A stretch of DNA of 64,000 nt, from the NCBI GenBank assembly GCA_000091205.1, contig AP006494.2; one strand, 5' to 3'. Positions 22,752 through 34,380 of the stretch are shown here, piece after piece. A program made the translations under genes and the position numbers. Numbering within the stretch: the first letter of the stretch is position 1; the number at the start of each line of letters is the position of its first letter. The DNA is from Cyanidioschyzon merolae (taxonomy: Eukaryota). The notes under the pieces are model-generated. The model had not been told where the DNA came from. It saw only the letters and a program-made list of their open reading frames with translations, and searched no databases.

Positions 22752-25192
22752 CTAGGTCGAGCGACGCCAACCGTGCACAGTAGTGGCGAGAAAGCCGTCC
22801 CAGACGGGGCGTCGCCAACCGACGTGCAGACGCCCCCCAGTATTTTTGGACCGGCCACCTACGGCTGCTTCCAACTTCTTCTCATATAGTTCCACTTTGA
22901 GAGGTTGTCCAATAAAGTTCGCTCTTGGCAAGTACGGAGGTCTGTTCTCCAGCATCGCACATCTCCTTATATTGATAGCGGCGTTTAAGTCACGGTTCAC
23001 AACTCCATCCGTTTCTTGCCATCATTAGTTGTGCTAATCAATGCGAGTAGTCCACGAACTTTCGCCCTCCTTTCCATTTGCTCCTCCGTCAGCGGTCCGT
23101 ACTTTTTTATATCCTCAGGGCTCCTCTGGCACTTTTCCATCTCCACTCCCTGAAGTGTACGACCCAGCTCATGGTGTGTATAGGACGTTCGGAACTCATC
23201 TACAGGTATCGTAACGAAACGCCGTGCACACTCTTTGTACGTTCTTGTCGTTGGAGCTGGCGTTGTTCCTTTTTGGGTCTTCCAGCGCCCTGCTCCATAA
23301 GCCACTACGAGCCTCTGATTTTCATCCTCCTTGAGGGCACTCAACTGATTGAAAAAATTCGCGAACGCGCGCTGCCTCCCACCGTGTAGATTCATTCGCA
23401 GACGAGCCCACCGGGGCTTTGTATACTCCTCCCACAGAGCATCCCAATGCGCAACACGAACTTCCATGAATTTCCGAAAAACTTCAAAGTCCGCTCCGCG
23501 GCTCGTCACCTCGCTCATAGCTTCCAGGTGATCCTTCATTCCTGAATTCCAAGTCTCGATTTTCTTCCTCGCATTCATTATACCAGATTCTCGATAGCAT
23601 CTCGCTCTCGAGAACCTCAAAAGACGCATGTCTTTCTGACGTACGTTACCATCAGTACCATCTTCCGCAAGCTTGGGTATTGCGATGGTGATGATATTCG
23701 TGTTCCCAGGGTCCGCGCCAACGACAAAGTCGTCATCGTGCACTTTCTGCATCGCAGGATCCGCCTCCTTCTTTTCTTCGTGCTTCACCGCGCCAACGAC
23801 AAGGTCGTCATCCTCCACCTCCTGAATCGCAGGTTCGGCCTCATTCTCATCTTCATGGTTCGCCGCGCCAACGACAAGGTCGTTATCCTCCACCTCCTGC
23901 GTCGCAGGACCCGCCTCCTTCTCATCTTCATCCTTCGTCACGTCAACGACAAAGTCGTTATCCTCCACCTCCTGCGTCGCAAGATCCGCCTCCTTCTCAT
24001 CTTCATGGTTCGCCGAGGGCGGAACTGGCCGATCTTTCTTCAACCGCCGATAGTGTACACACAAGGCTACTCCATCGATTTCGATCATCCCAGTGAACAA
24101 CTTTTGCTTGTTCACTCTCAGACGTTTGAAATTGGAGACGTTCTTCAAGTACGTCTCCCGGTTTTCGCCGGTGAAGTTCTCCCTGCTGACACTGAACTCC
24201 GGACTGATGTCCCTCATGATGCCGTAGAGGACGCCGGAGTCGATAGTCACAAAACGTGACTTGATGTTGCACATTGGAACCACGTCGAAGCGCTTCCCCA
24301 TTAGGAAAGCCTTCCGTCTCTCCCACTCTTCATTTTTTTTCTCACTCACCTTCGTTTCTGCCTTGCGTTCGAGCTCTCGGTCCAGAAACACGAAATATCG
24401 CAGGATGAGGCGATAGTATCTTTCCTTATCTTTTTCAACGCTGATATCTTGTCTGTTGGATACGCCAGCCCCAGTACCGCACGATGCTCTTTTATAGCCG
24501 CACGGATCGCAGAAGCTGCATCCGTGTTCTCGTTTGGCGCCTTCTTGTCGACAAATTCGACCTCATCTTCATGCTTGCGATCGCTCGTGATGCCGTTGAT
24601 CATCGCCCATTTTCCATTGCGAGAGATGTCCGGAGACAACGCAAACACGGCGCGTACCATGAAACGTTCGAAGTTCTCTGTCAAATGGTTCTTCAGGTTC
24701 GTGGGGTACTTCATCGCCCCGTACGTGTAAATATCCCGGTCACCCTTGTATCGAGTACCATTGAAGCTGTAAAGGGGATATTTTTCGTGGAGGGCGCGCA
24801 CCCGCTCATTTTCCCTCCGCACTTCCCCTGTGCCGAGCATCAGCTGACGAATAAAGGTTTGTCGAAAAACTTGTCTGGAATCTCGACCGTTTCCATGTTC
24901 GCGACGTCTTCGTACATCTCCCTTGCTAAATGCATCAGTCCTGACGACGCCTTTATAATATTCTTGGAGTATGACGCAACACGTTTTTCGATAGCGTCTC
25001 GCAACTTTTCCCTGTACGGATCCTTGATATGTCCAAGAAGAAAGGTTTTCACCACCACCTCGTCGCACAGTTGTCTCTCGTGCCGCCTTCGACGTAGGAG
25101 CTCCGCCTTTCGGTCCTTCTTCTCTTCCTTTTCTTCTGGACTCGGCACTATTTTTTTCTGGCAGCCGGCGAACCTGGGCCTCCAGGATCGTG
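22752..25192 (-). mobile_element. Near full-length Fanzor1/TnpB-like (OMEGA, RuvC-type RNA-guided nuclease family) transposon gene, about 810 aa conceptual product, interrupted by about four single-base frame slips; ORF pieces 25148-24840, 25068-24346, 24391-22997, 23000-22752
   Basis: RuvC-I-like '[17 protein letters not shown]'. RuvC-II region 'RLVVAYGAGRW', with the canonical Glu absent at this position, as reported for Fanzor1. The zinc-finger position reads 'DEFRTSYTHHELG', i.e. His-rich and lacking CxxC. RuvC-III 'VNRDLNAAINIRR', followed by 'RPPYLPRANFIGQPLKVEL'. Frame switches occur at an A7 run (about 25160), a T5 run (about 24860), an A8 run (24333-24340) and a GG site (about 22998). 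Each is consistent with a single-base indel. Confidence 0.6.
23719..24020 (-). repeat. 4 x 75-bp in-frame tandem repeat inside the Fanzor-like ORF, encoding a 25-aa unit (…[23 protein letters not shown]…) that duplicates the segment immediately preceding the RuvC-I motif
   Basis: The DNA units gacaa(g/a)gtcgt(c/t)atcctccacctcctg(a/c)(a/g)tcgca(g/a)g…ctcatcttcat… are directly visible. Translated units are '[25 protein letters not shown]', '[25 protein letters not shown]', '[25 protein letters not shown]' and '[11 protein letters not shown]'. Confidence 0.85.
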
Positions 25193-26559
25193 CAATTGCT
25201 TTTTCATAGCGTTCCTTTTTTCGTTTTTTTATTTTTGTATTTCTTGAACGCTCTTTAAACCCTTCTGTTATATACTGCGAAAAAACATTTGACTAGACTT
25301 GTTAAAAGTTTGAAACAAAAACGAACTGAAAACTATATTTTTGTTCGACTCCAACGCGAATACAACTTTTACAGCTGAACAACACACCAGAGATCAGGAT
25401 CGCGTTTCCCTTCAGCGGCGGCACGCGCGTCGTGTCGTATGCCTGCCTGATCTCCCAGGAACGCTCACTTAGCGCACTGCGTGCACCGCGCGAGACGCCT
25501 CACCGATCGATGAAGGACACGTGTCCGACACCCCGCCTTGGCACGTGCGTGTTCGCATCGCGCTGGAGCGAAAATCAGGTGTCGTAGCTCGGAAACTCAC
25601 GTAGAGTAATCTCTTGCTATAGGCTCTGTCGCTGGTGCGCGTCGCGGTGCCGCCCTTGACATACAAGGTAATATTGGGGCCTGGCACGATACCTCGCGAT
25701 GATTCCAGCTGGCACGCTCCGCCATGATCGATCATCTGGAGCACGGCGAGGCGCCCGGGCGAACGCAGGCGCAACCCAGCAAGAGGAAGACGTCATGGTA
25801 GAGCATTGTTGAATCTAACGAAGAATCCCCGAGTGTCGGATGGTTACCAAGTGCTCAGGACCGCGAGTGTGATTCCTAATGGTGTAGGATTTTGGAATCT
25901 AACCTCTGATCCCCAATGATGTGATGGTTATCGGCATCCGGGAAGCAAGCCTACATGGCGCACCGAATCCTCCCAGTCCTCTTTACCGTTATCCAAGCAT
26001 TGATTCGGGGATAGCGGTCCGTCCACACGATCCTCCGTTCCAGCGACAGCATGGCGTCGCAGTGTCGCTGCGGATTCCCAGGCCGAACGTTGGCGAACGC
26101 AGCGGCTGGTCCGAGACTGCGATTCGCCTCTTGTAGTGAACACTCTCGAACTGGGCCAACCGAGCCCTACGAACGGATACGTTGATTCGCCAGCGCACGA
26201 CGGCGTCAAGGCGCTCGCACGCTCCATGACACGCGCTTTGTCCATGGACTGTATGTACGGACAAAATTGTACCCGCAGGTTCAGCACCGCGCAGTCCGAC
26301 TGTCGATTCCAGTAGGGATGCTGCACCAGGTTCTCCGTCTGCGAGCAGTGATTCGCATGCGAACAATAGACACACTGCTCTGGTCGAAGGTTGGGCGCAG
26401 TAGCAGGCGAATGGCGTGCGGCTGTGTATCGATTCCGCGCGGAGCGCTGCTGCAGGAACATTTGCCGGGTTCAGCGCGCTGGTCAGTACTCTATGCAAAG
26501 TTTTAGATGCTGTGCCTGCAGGAAGCAACTTGGCACTTTGTAGCCGACCGCAACGTTCA

Positions 26560-27585
26560 AGCTATTTTTCATCCTTGCAGAGCAGCAGAAACTGAGGCTT
26601 GATCGCAGCGATCAAGCCCCAGTTTCGCCATGTTCGGTTGGTAGGAATGCATCGCTTGCGCGGACGGAAGCTGAGATCTGCGATCCTTTTCCCATCGCCT
26701 TCTTCTTTGCATGGTACCCTCGGTGTGTCCTGCGCAGCAGTGACACTCGGTGGAGGTCAAGTGCCCAAATGTATCCGCAATACTTTCTCTACCAACGGCC
26801 GTTCTCTGGCACATGAGCGCATGTTTCACTGCACGGTACGTGCCCTGGACGGGTAGAGAAGGTTTCCCTACATGCTTTACTCCGTTTCCGCGCTCGGTGC
26901 TGTACCCCAGGATCACAAGCTCTATCTGCGAGATACCCTCGGCGAGTCTTCCGTCAGCTGCGCACGCAAGCGCACGCTGTTCCATTCCATGGAGGATTGT
27001 CGGAACGCGATGTTGTTCATGATGAAACAATGAACGGGACGAAAATTCGGGATGGAAATCAAGTCGAGAAACTCCGATCCGACAGCGCTGCCTTCACGCA
27101 AAGCGCTGACGCATTCTCCGCCAGAAGCGATCGCCCCGATGACGCAAGCGCGAGTCCAGGGCGCTTTTTCGTGCAAAGAGAAGTGACAGAAGCCGCTGCG
27201 AGCAGATCCCGCGACTGGTATCCTACTGCTATAGAATGCAGTTTCGTGGGTATTCAGAAAGACTGGAGAATTTGTTTTTCGACAGCATCGATTATTCGAC
27301 CCGCCAAGTTCCATCAACTTTCGGGATAGGCTTGAACAGCGGTCGTCAATGCAAGACTGTACGATTTGATCCGCGGTAATCCGGAGCGACGCGCGAGCAG
27401 CTGCACCCGCGAGTTGCCGTCGACCAGGAAGACCGTAAAAAACTTGAAGAATGCGTGATTTGAACATGCTACACGTACGAAGGAAAGCCTCATAGAGACC
27501 CTTATTGATGAATCCATTAATTTTGTCGCTCATTTTACGAACCATTCTTTGCGAGCTTCCGCGAATCACCACGATTCGCATGACG
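26560..27585 (-). pseudogene. 5-prime-truncated Fanzor/TnpB-like fragment (C-terminal RuvC half), subfamily 2
   Basis: ORF pieces 26922-27581 and 26569-27030 are in different frames. 'ELVILGYSTERGNG' corresponds to RuvC-II; 'GTYRAVKHAL…LTSTECHCCAGH' is the TnpB 'TSxxCxxCG' zinc-finger motif; 'LDRCDQASVSAAL' is the RuvC-III position. The upstream part 'FLDLISIPNFRPVHCFIMNNIAFRQSSMEWNSV' is homologous to the copies at 33.3 kb and 46.8 kb. Confidence 0.5.
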
Positions 27586-27985
27586 TAACCGATTCCAGTG
27601 ATCGAGGGTCATCTGTGCCATTCTGGAAAACAAATGCAACCACGAATCCTAGAACGACGTATGCATCCCTAACCTCTCATTGCCACGCTTTGAATGCCAA
27701 GGCTGTACAACTAAAACAAGAGCTGAAAAATACAAAATCGGAAACAGAACGAACAGTTCAATGATCTCCTCGAATCTGAGACACATGGAGGAGCTGGATT
27801 TTGGCTTCATTCCATGGCAGTGGCGCCAAACGTGGCTACGCTCCGCCACGCCCCGACCCGCTAAGGCGTACGTCGGCCTCGCGGGAATCCCTTCTATCCT
27901 TGGCTTTTCGAATATCGACTCGGCAGATCCCTGCGGTGCCTTTGCAGCGTCCTGATCAACGAGACGCTCTCCAGAGTAGCGGTTT

Positions 27986-30900
27986 GTGTATACGTATTCG
28001 TGGGTTGCTTCATGCTCGGGGGCCCACCTGATGCTGGGGCGCAAAACGTCAACCCCGACTGACGCTGCCGTAGCGCTTCCAGTTTGGCTGAAGCGAGGTC
28101 GCTGCGTCGAGGTACGCACCGCAGAAGGACTCTGGGAGAGCGGCACCGTCCAATCCATTCGAGAACGTGACGGTGAGACCTGGATTAAGCTGCGGCTTTT
28201 TGGGAAAGAAGCAAGTTATCCGCTTCGTAACGTTCACTTGCGCTGTGGTTCCCAGGAGTTTCCCACACCTATCGAGGACGAACGGAAAAAGACTGAAACC
28301 CTAGGGTGCAAAAACGGCACGGTTTCGGTAACCAATGCTCACGCTCCAGAGTGTACGGGCTCGGTGTCGAGTTCGCCACAGAAACCGACACGTCCTTGTT
28401 TTGCAGCTGAACTTTTGTCCCAGAGGCGCTCTCCTGGCCCTAACGCTGAAAGCATCCCCGTGCTGGCACCGAATACCCAAAGCCTCGACGAGGTGCTGCT
28501 GCAGCGCTCGGACTGGCAAGAAGCTGCAAAAAAACTAGTGGAGTTGTTCGCGCTCAATGACTTCACGCTCTATGCCTCACTGCTGAAGATCGACTTGACA
28601 ACAGATGCGGTCTGCTTTCAAGTATCACCGTGTCTCGACCGCGTTGACGTGCTGGAACTCATTGTCCACGAGTGTCGGGCGCAGCGCTCACAGCGCCTCA
28701 ACGCGATATCATTGCCGTCCGCTGGGGTAACTGTGCAACAGCCCGCATTGCCAGAAGCTGTATTCGCAGAGCTGCTCTCGACAGTCACTTTTCTCTGTGA
28801 TGGCGAGCACCCAGAGACAAAGCACTTGCTTGCCTGCCTGCAGAGGCGCGGAGAACTGCTTGCGACGCTGCAGGCATACATCTGCGAGCGCTTGCATGAC
28901 TTGGTTGGTGCTGACCGAAAAGCCGCACGCGCACCGCAAGAGGAACGGATGACGAGCCCAGAGAAATCGTCGAGGCTGGTAACCGATGCATCCAGTGGCG
29001 CTGCGGAGCATCTGAAAGTACCGCAGACCCTGGGCGATCCCTCTTTCATCGCTTTGAATTTGTTCATTACTGCATCAAATCTTCTCGATACTGCAATCCG
29101 TGACCTGGCGAAGGAGCAACGAGCGCTTCCACCTGCGACCTCTGGGCAAGAGCGGAACGCGTCCCTGGCTCGTGGCGTTCTGGAGGCGCTCCTCCCGTCG
29201 CCTGCGTTCATGCAAAAGCATCTCGTGACCGTACTCGATTGGGTTGACCTGCTCCAGCAGGAGTCCTCCACGAGTCCGAAAAGCGTCATGGGAGAGCGAC
29301 TCGCGGAGGAACTCGACGAGCATCTGCGGCTATTGCTGGGTGGCTGGATGCTCATGACCGACTCCGACCTGGCGGCGCTTTCGGTTGTGGTCTCGGATCT
29401 GCGGATTGCGCAACACTTCTTCCGTCTCTACTCAGTGGAGAGATTACTTGACTCGCTGAGCCGCAGCGATCAAGAACGACTCCGAGGTGAGACAGATGAG
29501 GTCGATCCGGCGCTCTGGGCGATGGTGCGCATCTGGCCTGATCTTGTAGCTGCCCAGGAGCTGTGTTGGTTGCCAAACAGCGGGTACACGCTGCTTCTGC
29601 ACTGCCAGAAGATCTGCAAGGAGGCCTGGGGCACCAGTTCGGCCCGGCAGCTGGAGCGCTACGGCGCAAGCACCCTCAGGCATCAACTTTTGGAGACCTT
29701 CACCCGTCTGTGTTGTGCGGATTCCAAGCTCGTGCTTCGAGCGCTCAGCGAAGCGAGTGCAGTATCGACCTGGGCAGACCTGCTGAGGCGTCTCTGGGAA
29801 CTGCTGACAGAGGGCCTGCGCGAAGACGACATCGAGGATTCGTCCAGCGACGAGACTCTCACCGAAGACGCCCTTGCACAACAGACGATGCGCGTTGTTC
29901 GAGATGCCTTCTTCCCAGCGGTGATGCGCTTTCTGGCCAGCTGCCACATAGCCTGTTTGCGCGAATCGTCCGAGCTGTTTCTGCAACGAGTCTGCAATGC
30001 CTTGGGCTTCTCCAGTCGCCGCGGACTCGATCGACTACTGGCGGTTCTCCGGCGACTGCCGCTTGTCGCTGGACGCCTGACCAATACCGACGATCGCGCT
30101 GCCTACATGGTGCTCCTCCACGGATTGGAGAATCGGCGACGGGAGGCGTCGGTTGCAGCGGGCTTGCACCCTCTCCACACCAGTGTAGAAGCAGTGGACG
30201 TGTCGCAGGAAAGGCCGTCGACAGCACCTGACGCCGCTGAGCCTTCCACTTGTCTCCGACTGCCAGACTGGGACTGGTCCCGTTTGTCCGCTGGAGACTT
30301 TGGCGAGCGTAGCTGGTATACGCTGCTCTCCTACCGACTGGCCATTCTCGAGGACAGGAAGCAGCGGATGCTGGATACGGATAACGGGAAACCGTCACCG
30401 TTTATCCATTTAACGGCGAACGAGTATCTGGTTCCACCGTCGGTTGCACCAGCACATGCCGATGTGTGTCAGTGCATTGGAGCATGTGTACCCGGTGTCT
30501 GCCTGAACAGCACTGTGTGCGTGGAATGCAATCCGGCGACATGCCCAGTTGCTCGGTCGCGGAGCAGTACGGATCCGCAATGTGGCAACATGCGATTCCA
30601 GCGACAAGCCTATGCTCCTGTGGAGCTCTTCTTCAGTCCAAACGGCCGAGGTTGTGGTATCCGCAGCCGAGCGCCGCTCAAGAAAGTGACTTTATCGTGG
30701 AGTACATGGGTGAAGTGATTGGCCCGACGGAACTTGCTCGCCGGAAGCGCGATCACGCCCTCGAACGACATGTCTATTTCATGACGCTTGACCAGAGCAC
30801 GTTTCTCGATGCAAGTCGCAAAGGAACCTGGGGTCGGTTTCTGAACCACTCGTGCGAGCCGAACTGCCACACGCAGAAATGGCTCGTGCTTGGCAAAGTT

Positions 30901-32073
30901 CGCGTCGGTATCTTTGCCAGTCGTGATATCGCGGCTGGCGAGGAGCTCACCTTCGACTACCGAATGGAGAGACGCGCTGCTGCTGCTGCCGCCCCCGAGG
31001 AGACGTCGCTGCTGCAGCGGGTATCACCGCGTCGCGACCTGGATCTTAATGAGAGCGACGCTTCTGTTCCGATTCGGTGCCTCTGTCAAGCAGCCTCGTG
31101 CAGCGGTTGGATCAGCGGGGGACCCTACGCCAGCGCGCTCGACGAACAACAGGCGATGGATGCGGTTGAGCATCGCCGTGCTGCCTCGTTGCAACGCATT
31201 ACCGAGCAGATTGCGGGGATCAGAAAAGCCCTAGGGCCTCGGCAGGCAGCACAGACGGCCAAGTGGGTTACCGCGAGTGCTGCAGACAGAATTCACACAC
31301 TGGCGGTGGCAACGCTCAGTCGAGCACAGGAGACTGCCAAGTGCTTCGACACGTTTGCAGCGAAACGGAGGAACTGGACACGTTGGGACGCCGAACTGCT
31401 CTGGGAGGTTTCCGTGCCCTGGCAGAGTCAACAGCAGGGCGACATTGACGACAAATACGCTGAAGCGTATCGTACTCATCGCAAGGAGCCCGAGAACTGT
31501 CCACATTTTGCGGAGCTCTATGCAAGGGCCCAAAAGTTCTGGGAAGCTCGAGACTCGGCAAGTGTATCCGCAGCGTCGCCCGCGAACCACTGGGTCGTGA
31601 TCGCGCTTCAACAGAGTATTCGCGCTTTGTTGAACACTGCTATTGGCCAGCCAGGTTCGTACCATCGCATATGGAGGATCGTGAACGCGGGTTTCACGCT
31701 CTTAGATCAGCAGAGGCGTGTACACGTCGTGAACGGACCCGCGAGCATTGCACACGTTCCCGATGATCGCTTCCTGGAACTCTATTGCGAGTCGGAGCAG
31801 ACACTGCGTGTGGAGCGTGGTGAGAGAGGTCAGCTCCAGGTGTATGGTCCAGTAGCCACGTTGCAGGAGTATCTCGCGAAAAATGTCCCAGAAATACAAG
31901 CGCAAAGGTTTTTATGGCATCCAGGCGGTCGGAGCTGTTTCCGGATTTCCGCTGGAATGCAATCTCAAGCTTCTGGTGCGGTCTGGTATCATAACATTGA
32001 ACCAGTCGATGTGGATTGGTCACTTGCTCAGTATCTGGAGGAATGCGAGCGAATGGCTGCCGCTCAGGTTTAG
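27986..32073 (+). CDS. SET-domain histone-lysine N-methyltransferase (AWS-SET-postSET; SET2/ASH1-like), about 1440 aa, apparently one gene split into two ORFs (27986-30718 and 30466-32073) by a 1-bp frame slip near 30686
   Basis: AWS Cys-rich segment 'CQCIGACVPGVCLNSTVCVECNPATCP…CGNMRFQ…GRGCGIRSRAPLKK'. SET core 'DFIVEYMGEVIG…RFLNHSCEPNCHTQKWLVLGKVRVGIFASRDIAAGEELTFDY'. Post-SET 'IRCLCQAASCSGW'. The two ORFs join as '…RAPLKK|(G)DFIVEYMGEV…' if one G is restored in 'aagaaagtgac'. Confidence 0.85.
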
Positions 32074-32999
32074 GAGAGCGCGATCTGGCTTGCTAGGAAA
32101 TGATACGTACCGGCACTGGACGCTAGTACGCGAAGCTACCCAGGCAATACTTAGGGAAAGCGTGCTCCCCTGGCAAGCGATACTTGTTCGGAAACGAGCC
32201 GTCCAGTGCGCTAGATGCCGAGACCTTTACTTTGCTGCAACGCACGCTGGCTAGGTTCCAGATGATAGCGATGCCGCCGAGCGTTGTGGTATCGCGTTAG
32301 CATTATTTTGGCGCTATGCAGTTACAATCTGGGCATCGTCTGCTTCGGACTGACCACAACGCCAAAGCGCTTGTCGAGCAGCGTTGAACGGCTGTGGCTG
32401 GCAGTAACCCGCGAGAATCCGCGAGCGAAGCAGCGGCCGCTGCTATTGCGGTACCAGGAAACTCGCCAGCGGCGGCGGGTGCTCCTTGGAAGCTGCACTA
32501 GTCCTGCTCCCCGTCAGCGGGTCCAGAAGCAAGCCTTCCAAGCGAGAGATGATCACTGGACTCTGGTGCAGCTGGACCGGCTAGTCGATTGAAGAGGCGC
32601 CCACCTGCAGATCGTAACCGAGGCCTGGAGCAATGATCCCGTTTGAGGGATGCTTGGTAGAATCCAGTGCACCCGCTACAGGCAGTTAGACGGCTGAAGT
32701 ACGGCACCAGAGCGGGTCGACGGGACTGTGGAACTCTTGCACCAGAGCAGCCATTGCGCAAACCGGCAGGACTTGCTTCGTTCTACTCTCAGGTCAGACT
32801 GAAACGGAACAAGTGCACGAACGCGGGCGTGCACTCTAAATTATGGGTCTCCTCCATTATTGTCGACGCTTGTCTCTAGAGGATTCTTCTGCGACTGCCT
32901 CTTTTTCCTCCCTCATAGCTGATGATTTACATACACAGGTTTCTCCTTTGACTCCTATTATGGAATATGCGGTTGAAGCATTTTGACAACAGTGCTTCA

Positions 33000-34001
33000 G
33001 TACTGATTACGCTGCTTCCGGCTGTTTCTTTCGTCTGTCATGCACAAGCGAAATTGCCGTCTCCGCTTCGCTTGCCATTTTCGCCTTCATTGGATGCAGC
33101 CAATGTGCGCCCTTAACAACGTTAATATGTGATGATGCTCATATGTTCCCAAATGTCCACCATATCTTGTATTCAAAGCCCTGCTCTGTAGCGAATGAAT
33201 GCTTGCCTCACAGCTCGGTACTTGCCCTTAACGGGCACAGAAGGTACCCCTCGATGTATCCTACAGTTACTTCGCCCGGTGCCGCACCATAAGATCATGG
33301 ACTTTGTCGTCACAATGATTTCGGTTAGTACTCTGTCCGTTAGCATCGAAAGTGGACGCTGTTCAATTCGATAGAATATTCGTATAATATGAAATTGTCC
33401 ATGATGAGAAAAGCACAAGAAGGAGAATATAGACTCGAGATCAAGCCGAGCAATTTCCATGGGTCTACGCTCCCTTCCTGCAGAGTGGTGACGTGCTTTC
33501 TTCCAGAAGCGATCGTTTTAGGGACGAAAGTCAGCGTCCAAGACACTTTGCCACCCAAATAGAAGTCAAAAGAGCCTGTGCGAGCGATTCCTGTTGCATG
33601 TACCAGCTCCTGTCGCATGCCGAGTCGTCTACGGCTACAAGGAGAATCGGATTTGTCATTCGTGCGGCATCGATTATTTGACGTGAGCAGTTCAGTGAAG
33701 TTTCGGCAGGAGGTTTTGAACAAGTATGAAAGACTCGTCGTGCATTTTCTTCCTTCGCCAAGCCAGAGGCGCGAATTACTGCGCCCACAAGTTGCCTTGA
33801 AACAGAAAGATCGAGTACATGGACAATGCGTGATTTTAGCGTGCTAAACGTAAAAAGAAAAGGAGAGTGGACGCTCGCGCAAATGAAATGGATAATGATG
33901 GCGGTTATTTTACTTACACCTGCTCGACGGTACAGCGAACCATATTCATTCCGATGATGATCCGATTTCAGCAGCCAAGAGTCGAAGAATTTATTCCGCA
34001 C
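33000..34001 (-). pseudogene. 5-prime-truncated Fanzor/TnpB-like fragment, subfamily 2
   Basis: ORF pieces 33531-34001, 33340-33723 and 33173-33460, plus a downstream frame reading 'GTYEHHHILTLLRAHIGC'. 'VKGKYRAVRQAF' and 'TYEHHH' parallel 'TRTYKECARRF…TSYTHHELG' of the 22.7-25.2 kb copy. 'LLGLISSLYSPSCAFLIMDNFILYEYSIELNSVHF' is homologous to 46.8 kb 'SLDLFSSLYLPSVACFVMEEIAFRDAYFEWSNALF'. Confidence 0.5.
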
Positions 34002-34380
34002 AGACGACCGAGAATCCTCAACCTACACATGAATTTGTAATCCCTTATTGCCGTTCTCTGAACGGCGACGCTGTACACCTAAAAAGGTACCGGCAAAAAC
34101 TCGAAAGATCCGAGCAGTCCGAGCAGTTGAGGAATCCATTCTAATCGGGCCTGAGAGCGGAGTGCTATGTGGAAAGGCTTTTCCAGCGTGCGCGACATTG
34201 CATTCTAGGAGATTCACAGATGATGGTGCATCAATATCCTCTGAGACTCTTTAGAGTGGTGTTTAGCATTCCGCGCGGGGACGTATACGCGATATAGCCA
34301 GCAGAGAGGCGCCAACTGCTCGCTCCGGACTCAGTGGAACCAAACCGTTTCACGAGCATGATGGGCGAATTGATATCCAC

